From the NCBI GenBank assembly GCA_964619725.1, contig CAZUFC010000001.1:96001-160000 (forward strand): a stretch of DNA of 64,000 nt, in the 5' to 3' direction. The translations under genes were made by a program, and so were the position numbers. Shown here one piece after another: positions 39,085 through 48,516 of this stretch (its first letter is position 1; every line of letters begins with the position of its first letter). The notes beneath the pieces are model-generated. The model saw only the letters and a program-made list of their open reading frames with translations, was not told the DNA's origin and searched no databases. Source of the DNA: an uncultured bacterium (GTDB lineage: Bacteria; CSSED10-310; CAZUFC01).

Positions 39085-41223
39085 ATGGGTTGGGCAATTT
39101 TAGTTCTTGCCGGTCTTGGGTTGGCTGCGGCTGCAGTTCTGGCGGCGGCATCCAAGATATTTTATGTTTATGTCGACCCTAAAATAGAAGCGGTAGAAGA
39201 TGCCCTGGCGGGCGCCAATTGCGGCGGATGCGGAGCGCCCGGATGTTCCGCCGCTGCTGAAATGATCGTGGCGGGCAAGTTGCCGGTGACGGCATGCGTG
39301 GCCGGCGGTGAAGAAGTTGCTGAAGAAGTGGCTGCTGTAATGGGCGTCGAAATGGAATTCAAGGAACCGGAAATTTCCGAATGCGGTTGCCGCGGCGGAG
39401 TTTTACAGGCTGACAGGATATACGAGTATTCGGGAGTAAAGGATTGCAGGGCGGTCGACATGCTGGCTGAAGGAGACAGCATATGCACGACTTCATGCCT
39501 GGGTTACGGAACATGCGTCCGGGCCTGTCCTTTCGATGCCATGACTCAGGGCGAAGACCTTCTGCCTAAAATAGATTTTACTCGCTGTGTGGGTTGCGGC
39601 GTGTGCGAGGAAATTTGTCCTCATGATGCGGTCAAACTGGTTTCGGAGTCCAGGAAGCTTCTGCACTGGCTGGAGAAGGACGAATGTTCGGCGCCCTGTC
39701 AAACGAAGTGTCCCGCACAGATAGACATACCCAGTTATATCTTTCATATTCGGAATAAACGTTATGCGGATGCCCTTGACGTTATTCGCGAGCATAACCC
39801 GCTGCCCATAACATGCGGTTATGTGTGTCCGCATCCCTGCGAAGAGGTCTGTCGCCGATTGAATGTGGACGAACCGGTAGCGATTAACGATCTGAAGCGG
39901 TTTGTCGCTGACTATGAGCTTGACGACAAAGGAAAGTCCATGGCGGGAAGGTTGTCCGTTCTTCCTGACACAGGCAAAAAGGTAGCAATAATGGGCGGCG
40001 GACCCGCCGGGTTGTCGGCGGCTTATTTTTTGAGACGGTTAGGCCATTCGCCCACTATCTTTGAGCGTATGCCGAAATTAGGCGGAGCCCTCGAATACGG
40101 CATACCGGAATACAGATTGCCTAAAGCTCGCCTGGCCAAGGAAATTCAGGGAATTTTGGACCTGGGCGTCGAAACGCGTCTGCAAACGGAATTAGGCAAG
40201 GATGTAACTATGGAATCGCTCAAAGAAGAAGGTTTCGACGTTTTTCTCCTGGCGGGAGGCACTCCGACCGGATTCTACAGCGGAACGGAGGGCGAAGACC
40301 TGGAAGGTATTCTCCTGGGCATTGATTTCCTTCGCGATTATGCTCTGGGAAAAGACGTGCCGCTGGGCGAAAGAGTGCTGGTAGTCGGCGGCGGCAACGT
40401 GGCTGTTGATGTCTCGTTGACGGTTAAAAGACTGGGCATTCCCATCGTTTATCAGGCCAGCCTGGAAGACAGGTGGACCATGCCGGCATGGGAACATGAG
40501 ATTCAGGACGTCCTCGTCCAGGGCGTCAACCTTATTCCGACCTGGGGACTAAAGAGATTTATCGGCAAAAACGGCAAACTCACAGCCGTAGAAATGCAAA
40601 GATGCGAATGCGTGTTTGACGAAGAAGGCCGGTTTAATCCTCAGTATGACTGCGATCAGACTATGAACATCGCCATCGACAACGCCTTGATTACTATCGG
40701 ACAGGGAGTCGATACCGAATTCATGAAGTCGCATCCCATTTTGAAAAATGTCCTGGACAGTCGAGGAAAAGTTGATATCGATAGCGCCACCATGCAGACG
40801 AATGTCGATTACATTTTTGCTGCAGGCGAAATCGTAACCGGACCGGGGCTGGCGATTGAAGCCATTGGCGCCGGAAGAAAAGCAGCCGTCAATATTCACC
40901 GGTATCTCACCATGGAGCAACCCGGTAAAGTCGAACCTTTGCCGCGGCTGCTGGGTCAAATTCGTGATTATGCCGATGAGGAAGAACTGGCCGAAATTCC
41001 GAAGGAGGAAAGACAGAGAGAACGAAGATTACCCCCGGAAAAACGTCAGGGATTCGACGTCGTGAACCTCGGTTTCACGGAAGAACAGGCTTTGAAAGAA
41101 GCCGGCAGGTGTCTTCAGTGCGGGATGTATTGCTTCATTAATCCCCGCACGGGTCATGAGAAAGACGGCAAACAGAGCGAAGCGGAAGGAACTGCTCATA
41201 GAGAGCGCATGAGCAAAGTGTAA
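39085..41223 (+). CDS. rnfB: RnfB fused to a GltD/SudA-like FAD/NAD(P)-dependent oxidoreductase
   Basis: RnfB N-terminus (TM, GANCGGCG.PGC, ferredoxin motifs), then PCQTKCP, CPHPCE..CRR, GGGPAG, YGIPEYRLP, GGGNVA, EAGRCLQC. Confidence 0.9.
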   Translation: MGWAILVLAGLGLAAAAVLAAASKIFYVYVDPKIEAVEDALAGANCGGCGAPGCSAAAEMIVAGKLPVTACVAGGEEVAEEVAAVMGVEMEFKEPEISECGCRGGVLQADRIYEYSGVKDCRAVDMLAEGDSICTTSCLGYGTCVRACPFDAMTQGEDLLPKIDFTRCVGCGVCEEICPHDAVKLVSESRKLLHWLEKDECSAPCQTKCPAQIDIPSYIFHIRNKRYADALDVIREHNPLPITCGYVCPHPCEEVCRRLNVDEPVAINDLKRFVADYELDDKGKSMAGRLSVLPDTGKKVAIMGGGPAGLSAAYFLRRLGHSPTIFERMPKLGGALEYGIPEYRLPKARLAKEIQGILDLGVETRLQTELGKDVTMESLKEEGFDVFLLAGGTPTGFYSGTEGEDLEGILLGIDFLRDYALGKDVPLGERVLVVGGGNVAVDVSLTVKRLGIPIVYQASLEDRWTMPAWEHEIQDVLVQGVNLIPTWGLKRFIGKNGKLTAVEMQRCECVFDEEGRFNPQYDCDQTMNIAIDNALITIGQGVDTEFMKSHPILKNVLDSRGKVDIDSATMQTNVDYIFAAGEIVTGPGLAIEAIGAGRKAAVNIHRYLTMEQPGKVEPLPRLLGQIRDYADEEELAEIPKEERQRERRLPPEKRQGFDVVNLGFTEEQALKEAGRCLQCGMYCFINPRTGHEKDGKQSEAEGTAHRERMSKV

Positions 41224-41360
41224 TAAGCAAGGCTAATTTGATTTTTCAGCCGATGAAAGAAGGCGGTCAATGCGCTGTTGACCCATAACCGACCGCATTA
41301 CTTCGAAACGCTTGAGAAAATAGCGGGAAAGATAAGACCTGCCATACGCCGGCCCGAAAT

Positions 41361-43103
41361 TTGCTTAACAAGTTGACCTGTCGGCGCGAGGGAAGAACCC
41401 GGCTGTCCGACAATGAAATTCACACCGGATCAGGGAGATTGATATTGGAAGTTAAAACAAAGTTTTTCAAAAGCCTGGGGGCAAAACTCGTATTGTCCGT
41501 CGGACTTATACTGGTTATTTCAATCGCTGTTTTTGCCGTAGTGAACACAAAAGATCAGCGGGATCAACTGATCAATCAGGTGATAACCGGGGCCAATCAG
41601 TTTTCCGATACGGTTATGAGCAGCACCTGGTATTACATGCTGAAGGTGGAAAGGGACGACATTCATCGCATCATCGATTCGATAGGAGATCAGGAGGAGA
41701 TAGACGATCTTCGTATTTTCAATAAAGAAGGCGTCATTATGTTTTCTTCTATCGAAGATGAGAGAGGCCATAAAGTCAATCTTCAGGCGGAGGCGTGCTA
41801 TGCGTGTCATGCCAGGGAAAAGCCGCTGGAAAGACTGTCCACCCCGGAAAGGACCCGGATATACCGTAAACCCGACGGCGAGAGAGTTCTCGGGATGATC
41901 ACCGCCATTTATAATGAGCCTGCCTGCTATAATGCGGCTTGTCATGCGCATCCCAAGAATAAACAGGTATTGGGCATTCTCGATATCGTCATGTCTCTGA
42001 CCGACGTAGACAAAAAAATCGCCGGAAGCCGCAAAAAAATCTGGCTGTTCGCTTCCATGGAAATGCTGGTCATCTCCTTCATTATCGTGGCTTTTTTGCA
42101 TACATCCGTCGTAAAACCCATCGGAAGATTGGTCAGCGGCACACAAAAAATCGCTTCCGGCGATCTGACGACAAGAGTCAAAATTAAATCAGCCGACGAA
42201 TTCGGCGTCCTGTCGGACTCGTTTAATCAAATGGCGAAAAACCTTCAACGCGCTGAACAGGAACTGACGGAATGGGGAAAAACGCTCGAACATAAGGTCG
42301 AAGAGCGCACCAAAGAGCTGAAACAAACGCAGGCGCAACTTGTTCAATCAGAAAAAATGGCCTCGCTGGGAAAACTGTCAGCCGGAGTCGCCCATGAACT
42401 CAATAATCCGCTTACGGGCGTGCTCACCTATGCCTCGCTTCTCTATGAAGACTCCCAAGAAGGAAGTCCCGAAAAGGAAGACCTCAAAGTCATAATCGAT
42501 GAAACATCGCGCTGCAAAAGAATTATCCGGGACCTGCTCGAATTCTCCCATCAGAATCAGCCCATGAAAAACAGGATAAACATCAACTCCCTCATTCAAA
42601 ATACGCTCAGCGTTTTGAAATATCAGGCTGCGTTTCAGGATATTGAAATAATAAAGGAATTCGATGAAAACCTGCCCGATGTGGAAGCCGACCGTGACCA
42701 GATTCAGCAGGTCTTTATGAACATTATTATGAATGCGGCCGACTCCATGCCTCACGGCGGATCGCTGACCATCGAAACCCGCCTCTCCAGCGTGGCAGAT
42801 AACGTCAAAATTACTTTTACCGATACAGGCAAAGGGATAGAGGAAGAACATATTCCCAAATTGTTTGATCCGTTCTTTACGACCAAACCGGTCGGACAGG
42901 GAACCGGTCTGGGCCTGGCCGTCAGTTACGGCATTATTCGAAGGCATCACGGCTCCATTAACGTCAAAAGCGCTCTGGGAAAAGGCGCCACATTCACTAT
43001 TACTCTTCCCACCATCAGCGGTACTGAAGAAGATGAACACGATGAATATTACGAAGAAGAGCCGGAGAATGAAGAAGTTCAGATCAAAGACGAAGAAAAG
43101 TAA
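41361..43103 (+). CDS. Membrane sensor histidine kinase with periplasmic heme-c motifs and HAMP domain
   Basis: TM, periplasmic CYACH and CYNAACH, TM, HAMP (DEFG.L..SFNQM), H-box AHELNNPL, DPFFTTK, GTGLGL. True start probably near 41439-41445. Confidence 0.9.
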   Translation: MLNKLTCRREGRTRLSDNEIHTGSGRLILEVKTKFFKSLGAKLVLSVGLILVISIAVFAVVNTKDQRDQLINQVITGANQFSDTVMSSTWYYMLKVERDDIHRIIDSIGDQEEIDDLRIFNKEGVIMFSSIEDERGHKVNLQAEACYACHAREKPLERLSTPERTRIYRKPDGERVLGMITAIYNEPACYNAACHAHPKNKQVLGILDIVMSLTDVDKKIAGSRKKIWLFASMEMLVISFIIVAFLHTSVVKPIGRLVSGTQKIASGDLTTRVKIKSADEFGVLSDSFNQMAKNLQRAEQELTEWGKTLEHKVEERTKELKQTQAQLVQSEKMASLGKLSAGVAHELNNPLTGVLTYASLLYEDSQEGSPEKEDLKVIIDETSRCKRIIRDLLEFSHQNQPMKNRININSLIQNTLSVLKYQAAFQDIEIIKEFDENLPDVEADRDQIQQVFMNIIMNAADSMPHGGSLTIETRLSSVADNVKITFTDTGKGIEEEHIPKLFDPFFTTKPVGQGTGLGLAVSYGIIRRHHGSINVKSALGKGATFTITLPTISGTEEDEHDEYYEEEPENEEVQIKDEEK

Positions 43104-43658
43104 AAAGGGCTTGTTTGCATTCGATTTATAAACCACCGGGGCAATTTCTGGAATTAATGACGCGTGTATAACGGAATCGAATAGCGATAAGGTCCGTTTC
43201 TCCTGTAATATCGAATTCCTGATGTCCGCCGAATCGGCATTCCGTCAAGATAAAAAAACGCGACAGATTGGAAAGGTAAACCTGGACATATGAATTTCAT
43301 TCGACAAAAAAAACAAATTTCTCACCGGTATCATATCTTTGTTGATGAAAGGTTTTAAGGAAAGGAGCCGGAGAGAATGAAGGGGCAGTATAAAAAGTTT
43401 ATACAGGTGTACGACCTTTATACTGATGAAGGAAAACAATTTTTGCAAAGGTAGAAATTAACTGAAAACAGGTTTCAGTAATAGGGCTGCGTCCTGGGAG
43501 AAGCAACAAGACGGCGCTCAGGAACGATTGATCTTGACGACATTTCCGGATAAAGAGGGACAACCCGACGAAGGCCGGTCGACTTTTTGCCGGCGGTCTT
43601 TTATAATTGAGCAGGCTTATTATGAAGTGTAATCGGCGGATAAGATCGTAAGTCTTGT

Positions 43659-43674
43659 CGGCATGTAATTTGCT
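43659..43674 (+). promoter_or_regulatory. Putative sigma54 (-24/-12) promoter
   Basis: CGGCATGTAATTTGCT has GG-N10-GC spacing, 37 bp upstream of the ATG at 43712. Inverted repeat ACTGAAA-N5-TTTCAGT at 43461-43479 could be an activator site. Confidence 0.5.
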
Positions 43675-43711
43675 TCCACAACGAATCGGGAATTAAGAAA
43701 AGGAGGTTCCC

Positions 43712-44476
43712 ATGGCTAGAATATTAGTGATTGATGATGAAATAGTTGTTTGCGGCAGCGTAGGGAAGATACTCCGCAGGGATAATCATGAAATCACATG
43801 CGTTTTGACTGCTGAGGAGGGAATGGAATTTCTGGAGAATCAGTCTTTTGATTTGATTATAACTGATTTAATGCTGCCGAAAATGAGCGGTATGGAACTT
43901 CTGGAAAAAGTGAAGGAAAAGTGGCCCGGTATACGGGTTGTCATGATAACCGGGTATGCAACGGTAAAGAACGCCTTGGAAGCGATGAAGCACGGAGCAT
44001 TCGATTTTCTCCCGAAACCTTTCACTCCGGATGAATTGCGAACCGCCGCAGAGCGGGCGTTGCAGAGAAACAAGCTGGGATCGGCTGAATCGGCCGTTTC
44101 AAAGATACAGGAGGATATTGCGGACAGCGAGAACATGTATTGCATTCCGGAATATTCCTGGGTGAGACTGAAGGATGACATGGCCGTCGTGGGTATTGAT
44201 CGCGTGTTTTTAAAAACGATCGGCGACATTGAACACATAGAGTTTCCTTTTAAAGGCGATGAGCTGTTACAGGGAAGCATTTGCGCGCGCCTGGCGGGCA
44301 AGAACGACAGGATTTACACGATTTGGACGCCCATAAGCGGTAAAGTGATCGAAATAAATTACGATCTTAACAAGGATATTTCAATTTTGAAAAAGGACCC
44401 TTACGGCAAGGGCTGGTTGATGACGCTGCAGGCAAGCTCCGTAAAAGAGGATTTGAGAAACCTTTTGAAGGTATGA
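43712..44476 (+). CDS. Response regulator receiver fused to a GcvH-like domain
   Basis: REC IDDE..TDLMLP..TG..KP; C-terminal YSWV...VGID...GDI..IEFP..G...PISGKVIEIN...DPYGKGWL. Confidence 0.85.
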   Translation: MARILVIDDEIVVCGSVGKILRRDNHEITCVLTAEEGMEFLENQSFDLIITDLMLPKMSGMELLEKVKEKWPGIRVVMITGYATVKNALEAMKHGAFDFLPKPFTPDELRTAAERALQRNKLGSAESAVSKIQEDIADSENMYCIPEYSWVRLKDDMAVVGIDRVFLKTIGDIEHIEFPFKGDELLQGSICARLAGKNDRIYTIWTPISGKVIEINYDLNKDISILKKDPYGKGWLMTLQASSVKEDLRNLLKV

Positions 44477-44514
44477 AGCCTGAGTCATGCGAAAGGACTT
44501 TATCCTGAAAGGAG

Positions 44515-45297
44515 TTGGACATGGCAAATATACTGGTTGTAGATGACGAAGCTGTGGTGTGCGGCAGCGTTGAACGCATATTGAAACGGAACGGACATGA
44601 AACCGAATGCGTTTTGACGGCGAAAGAAGGCCTGGATTTAATGCAGAACAGAGATTTTGATCTGGTGATAACGGATTTAATGCTGCCGAAAATGAGCGGC
44701 ATGGATTTAATGCAGATCATCCATGATAAGAAGCCGTCCTTGCCCATAATAATGATTACGGGGTACGCCACAGTAAAAAATGCGGTTCAGGCTTTAAAAA
44801 TCGGCGCTTTTGATTTTATTCCAAAACCTTTTACTCCGGAGGAGCTACGTTCTGCGGTCACCCGGGCGCTGGAACGGAGCCGTCTGAAAAAGGAAAGCAT
44901 CAGCCCCCTGCCTGATACCAGGAATATGTATGGGATTCCTGAGCATTCATGGATAAAAATCGATAACGGTGAAGGGGTGGCGGGCGTCGATCCCGTTATG
45001 CTTAAAACGATCTCAAAGGTGATCAGCATCGAATTTCCCTTTAAAGGCGACGAACTTTCCCAGGGAGGAATTTGCGCCCGCCTGATATCGAAGAACAGGA
45101 AAATATATGCGGTATGGTCGCCTTTATCCGGGAAAGTGACGGATGTGCACTACAGGCTAAATCAGAATATCGACAAGTTGGAGACTGACGCTTACGGTGA
45201 GGGATGGCTGTTGAAGATAGAACCGACTTTGTTCGATGAAGAAGTGAAAAACTTGAAATCATACCAGGAACAAACCGAAGAGAATGAATCAGAATAA
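44515..45297 (+). CDS. Response regulator receiver fused to a GcvH-like domain (paralog)
   Basis: Same architecture: HSWI..., PLSGKV..., DAYGEGWLLKIEP. Confidence 0.85.
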   Translation: MDMANILVVDDEAVVCGSVERILKRNGHETECVLTAKEGLDLMQNRDFDLVITDLMLPKMSGMDLMQIIHDKKPSLPIIMITGYATVKNAVQALKIGAFDFIPKPFTPEELRSAVTRALERSRLKKESISPLPDTRNMYGIPEHSWIKIDNGEGVAGVDPVMLKTISKVISIEFPFKGDELSQGGICARLISKNRKIYAVWSPLSGKVTDVHYRLNQNIDKLETDAYGEGWLLKIEPTLFDEEVKNLKSYQEQTEENESE

Positions 45298-45814
45298 GAT
45301 AGGACGGATTCTGGCTGCAGGCGTCGGTAATTCCGCCATGAGCGACGATTCCGTCGGAGTGCGGATTATCGAAGAACTGAGAAAACGGGAATGGCCGGAG
45401 AACATTGATTTTGTCATGCTTGATTATGATCCGGTCGACCTTTTAACGTTTTGCGAACAGTACGAATGTCTCGTATTAATCGATGCCGTATCGCGAAGCG
45501 GGAATCCCGGTCAATTGCATATAATAGCCCAGGAGGATTTCTTCAAAGAAGCAAAGCGAGAACGTCCGTGTTCGCTTCATCAACTGGGGCTTTCAGAAAC
45601 GTTGAAGCTGGCCCGTGCACTGGGATACCGTTTCCGGTTTTTCCTTTTCGGCATCGAATTCGAAGATTTAAGTCCGGGATTCAGTCTCTCCCGAAAATTG
45701 GCCGACCGTTTTTCCGGCCTGGTTGATGAGATCGCTTCAGAGCTTTTAAAAATCTCTAATAAGAAATCGAAACAGGCGATCTGCAATGATCGTTTGGAGG
45801 TTGCAGTAAAATGA
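45284..45814 (+). CDS. Hydrogenase maturation protease
   Basis: GVGN..MSDDSVG, LIDAV, SLHQ. Confidence 0.9.
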   Translation: MNQNKIGRILAAGVGNSAMSDDSVGVRIIEELRKREWPENIDFVMLDYDPVDLLTFCEQYECLVLIDAVSRSGNPGQLHIIAQEDFFKEAKRERPCSLHQLGLSETLKLARALGYRFRFFLFGIEFEDLSPGFSLSRKLADRFSGLVDEIASELLKISNKKSKQAICNDRLEVAVK

Positions 45815-46842
45815 TAGCTAAACTGTTGCCGAAACAGTATACGAGGAAATTTATCAAGAACCTTGAGTCGTTCGGCAAGGTCCATGCTCCGGTCATGAAA
45901 GACGATCAGAACGTCGTTTTTTCAGAAGTCGAGGACCCGAAAGACGTAGTTCTGCATTATCAGACGACGATAATTCCGCCGAAGAAGTATTTTTTCAAGC
46001 CGGAGCAGGTCATATTGACCTTTTCGAAAGATAAGGGTTATGAGATACCTGAGGAGGAATTACGGGAAAAACTGGTGCTGTTCGGAGTTCACTCCTGCGA
46101 TATAGCGGCTTTACAGATTCTGGACCTGGTTTTTTCGGACAATTATTACGATAAATTCTACTTCACCAGGAGGCGCAATACGGTCGTCATCGGAATCAGT
46201 TGCACTCCTGACATATATTGTTTTTGTTCGTCCATGGGAACGGATTATGTCGAAAAAGGCTTTGATCTTTTTTTGACGGACATTGGCGATGAGTGGTTCG
46301 TTCGTATCGGAACGGCGAGAGGCGACGACATAGTTCGCCATAACGACAGATTCTTTAAGGAGGCTACTCCGGAGAGCATACGGGAATTCAAGGACTTTGC
46401 GAACAAGTTTCATGAGATGTTTACACGTCATCTTGATTTGAGCAATCTTTCGCCTATTCTGGAACTGGAATATCAGAGCAAGTTGTGGGATGAGCTGGGC
46501 GACAAGTGCTTAAGCTGCGGAACCTGCTCCTTGATATGTCCGACGTGCTATTGCCACAACATGGTCGACAAGGTTGATTTTAAAGGAACAGGAGAACGTG
46601 TTAGGACCTGGGATTGCTGTTTGTATGAGGATTTCTCCCTGGTAGCCGGCGGTCATAACTTCAGAGAAAGCAGAGCCTCCCGCATAAAAACCCGTTTTTT
46701 TCACAAACAGCAGGGTTTCGTGGAAAAATACGGCCGACCCAGTTGCGTCGGGTGCGGTAGATGTATTGAAAAATGCCCTGCGGGTATTGACATGGTCTCC
46801 ATTCTTGAAAAAATAAGGGGGGAAACGGATGTTGCCGTCTAA
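45811..46842 (+). CDS. hydB: Sulfhydrogenase beta subunit (AsrA-like 4Fe-4S protein)
   Basis: PPKKYFF, GVHSCD, CFC, CLSCGTCSLICPTCYC, CVGCGRCIEKCP. Confidence 0.88.
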   Translation: MIAKLLPKQYTRKFIKNLESFGKVHAPVMKDDQNVVFSEVEDPKDVVLHYQTTIIPPKKYFFKPEQVILTFSKDKGYEIPEEELREKLVLFGVHSCDIAALQILDLVFSDNYYDKFYFTRRRNTVVIGISCTPDIYCFCSSMGTDYVEKGFDLFLTDIGDEWFVRIGTARGDDIVRHNDRFFKEATPESIREFKDFANKFHEMFTRHLDLSNLSPILELEYQSKLWDELGDKCLSCGTCSLICPTCYCHNMVDKVDFKGTGERVRTWDCCLYEDFSLVAGGHNFRESRASRIKTRFFHKQQGFVEKYGRPSCVGCGRCIEKCPAGIDMVSILEKIRGETDVAV

Positions 46843-47704
46843 GTTAGCCAGAACGCTTTCCGATCCTAAGGAAGGCTACATATACAAGCCTCACAATGCA
46901 AACATAACTGACATAAGGTCTTTAATACCTGAACATAAGGTGTTCCGCATCGTCTTCGAGGATGAAGACTACCGGGAAAAATTCACTTTCAATCCCGGTC
47001 AGTTCATGATGCTGAGTCTTTTAGGGGCCGGTGAAGCGCCGATATCGATATGTTCTTCGCCGACCGAAAAAGGTTTTTTTGAATTATGCGTGCGGCGCAC
47101 GGGGAGAATAACCGACAAGCTTCACGATATGCAGGAGAATGATCGGGTCGGCGTCAGGGGACCATACGGAAACGGCTTTCCCGTTAATCTGCTGAAGGGT
47201 AACGATCTTCTTATGATAGTCGGCGGTTTAGGCATGGCTCCCCTGCGTTCCTTGCTGCGATATGTCGTCGACAAACGGAAAGAATTCGGAAGGGTTACTC
47301 TGGCGTACGGAATAAGGTCGCCCGATGACATGCTGTTTCACGATGAAATTATGCACCTGTTTCATCGCAAGGATATGAACGTGCTGCTGGCAGCGGAAAA
47401 CGCCGGAGAGCATCAAGACTGGCCGGGGAGCATCGGAATGGTTACTGACTTGTTCGACTCCTTTGACGTCGACCTGGAAAAAACTTATGCCGTCGTCTGC
47501 GGTCCTCCCGTAATGTATAAATTCGTTTTAAAGGGGCTGTTGGATATCCATTTCTCCAAAGACAAGATTTTCATGTCTCTGGAACGAAAAATGAAATGCG
47601 GCGTAGGCAAATGCAATCATTGTTCGATCGGTTATAAGCTAACCTGCATCGATGGACCTATTTTTACTTACTGGGATGCGATTAATCTTCCCGAAATAAT
47701 TTAG
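46829..47704 (+). CDS. hydG: Sulfhydrogenase gamma subunit (AsrB-like FAD/NAD(P)-binding, 2Fe-2S)
   Basis: PGQF, GEAPISICS, RGPYGNGF, GGLGMAPLRS, CGPPVM, MKCGVGKCNHC...CIDGP. Confidence 0.9.
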   Translation: MLPSKLARTLSDPKEGYIYKPHNANITDIRSLIPEHKVFRIVFEDEDYREKFTFNPGQFMMLSLLGAGEAPISICSSPTEKGFFELCVRRTGRITDKLHDMQENDRVGVRGPYGNGFPVNLLKGNDLLMIVGGLGMAPLRSLLRYVVDKRKEFGRVTLAYGIRSPDDMLFHDEIMHLFHRKDMNVLLAAENAGEHQDWPGSIGMVTDLFDSFDVDLEKTYAVVCGPPVMYKFVLKGLLDIHFSKDKIFMSLERKMKCGVGKCNHCSIGYKLTCIDGPIFTYWDAINLPEII

Positions 47705-47715
47705 GGGAATGAAAT

Positions 47716-48501
47716 ATGAGTGAAAAACCTTCGTTATCAATTTACGGACTCACGGGTTGCGCAGGCGATCAGTTGACGATATTGAACTGCGAAGATGAAC
47801 TGCTTGAAATATTTGATGCGGTCGATATACACTCCTTTGTTATGGCTCAAACCGGAAACGTCGAAGATAAAGTGGACGTAGCCCTGGTTGAAGGTTCAGT
47901 CACGCAACCGCATGACAAGGAACATCTGCTGCAAATACGCGAAAACTGTAAGATGCTGGTCGCTATTGGCACCTGTGCTGTTTGGGGCGGCGTTAATGCT
48001 CTCAGAAACGACGCCGACCGCAGACAGCTCATCAACATCGTCTACGGACCCGAAAACAAAAGCGTGAAATACCGGGAACCAGCGCCGCTGAGCGCCTTCG
48101 TTCATGTGGACTACGCAATTCCCGGATGTCCTGTTGAAAAATCGGAAATCCTGCACGCACTGGCATGCCTGGCTCAAGGCGTCGCTCCCGTTATTCCCAA
48201 TTATTCTGTCTGTCATGAATGCAAAATCAGGGAAAATCGCTGCTTATTGATGGAAGACGGCGCCTTCTGCATGGGACCCATAACAAGAGGCGGCTGCGGG
48301 TCCAAATGTCCGAATCTCGGAAGGCCCTGCATAGGATGTCGAGGTCCTGTGGCGGATGCCAATATTCTTTCGGAAGCGAAAATTTTGAGGGAAAAGGGAT
48401 ATGGGTATCCGGAAATATTGAGACGGCTTCAAACATTCGCTTATCCTGCTAATGCCGTCAATGAAGTTAGAAAAAAATTTCTGCTTGATTCGAAAATATA
48501 A
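47716..48501 (+). CDS. hydD: Group 3b [NiFe] hydrogenase small (delta) subunit
   Basis: GCAGD, EGSV, GTCA..GG, IPGCP, CHEC...CL...CMGP...GC...CP...CIGCRG. Confidence 0.88.
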   Translation: MSEKPSLSIYGLTGCAGDQLTILNCEDELLEIFDAVDIHSFVMAQTGNVEDKVDVALVEGSVTQPHDKEHLLQIRENCKMLVAIGTCAVWGGVNALRNDADRRQLINIVYGPENKSVKYREPAPLSAFVHVDYAIPGCPVEKSEILHALACLAQGVAPVIPNYSVCHECKIRENRCLLMEDGAFCMGPITRGGCGSKCPNLGRPCIGCRGPVADANILSEAKILREKGYGYPEILRRLQTFAYPANAVNEVRKKFLLDSKI

Positions 48502-48516
48502 GGGAGGAAAAAGGCG

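Noticed and set aside
43712-45297. A glycine cleavage system
   Set aside because: No gcvT, gcvP or lpd genes in the window, the H-like domains are fused to receivers, and the ESVK motif is absent.
45811-47704. Anaerobic sulfite reductase asrAB
   Set aside because: No asrC; the genes are followed by NiFe small and large subunits and preceded by a maturation protease, the group 3b hydrogenase layout.
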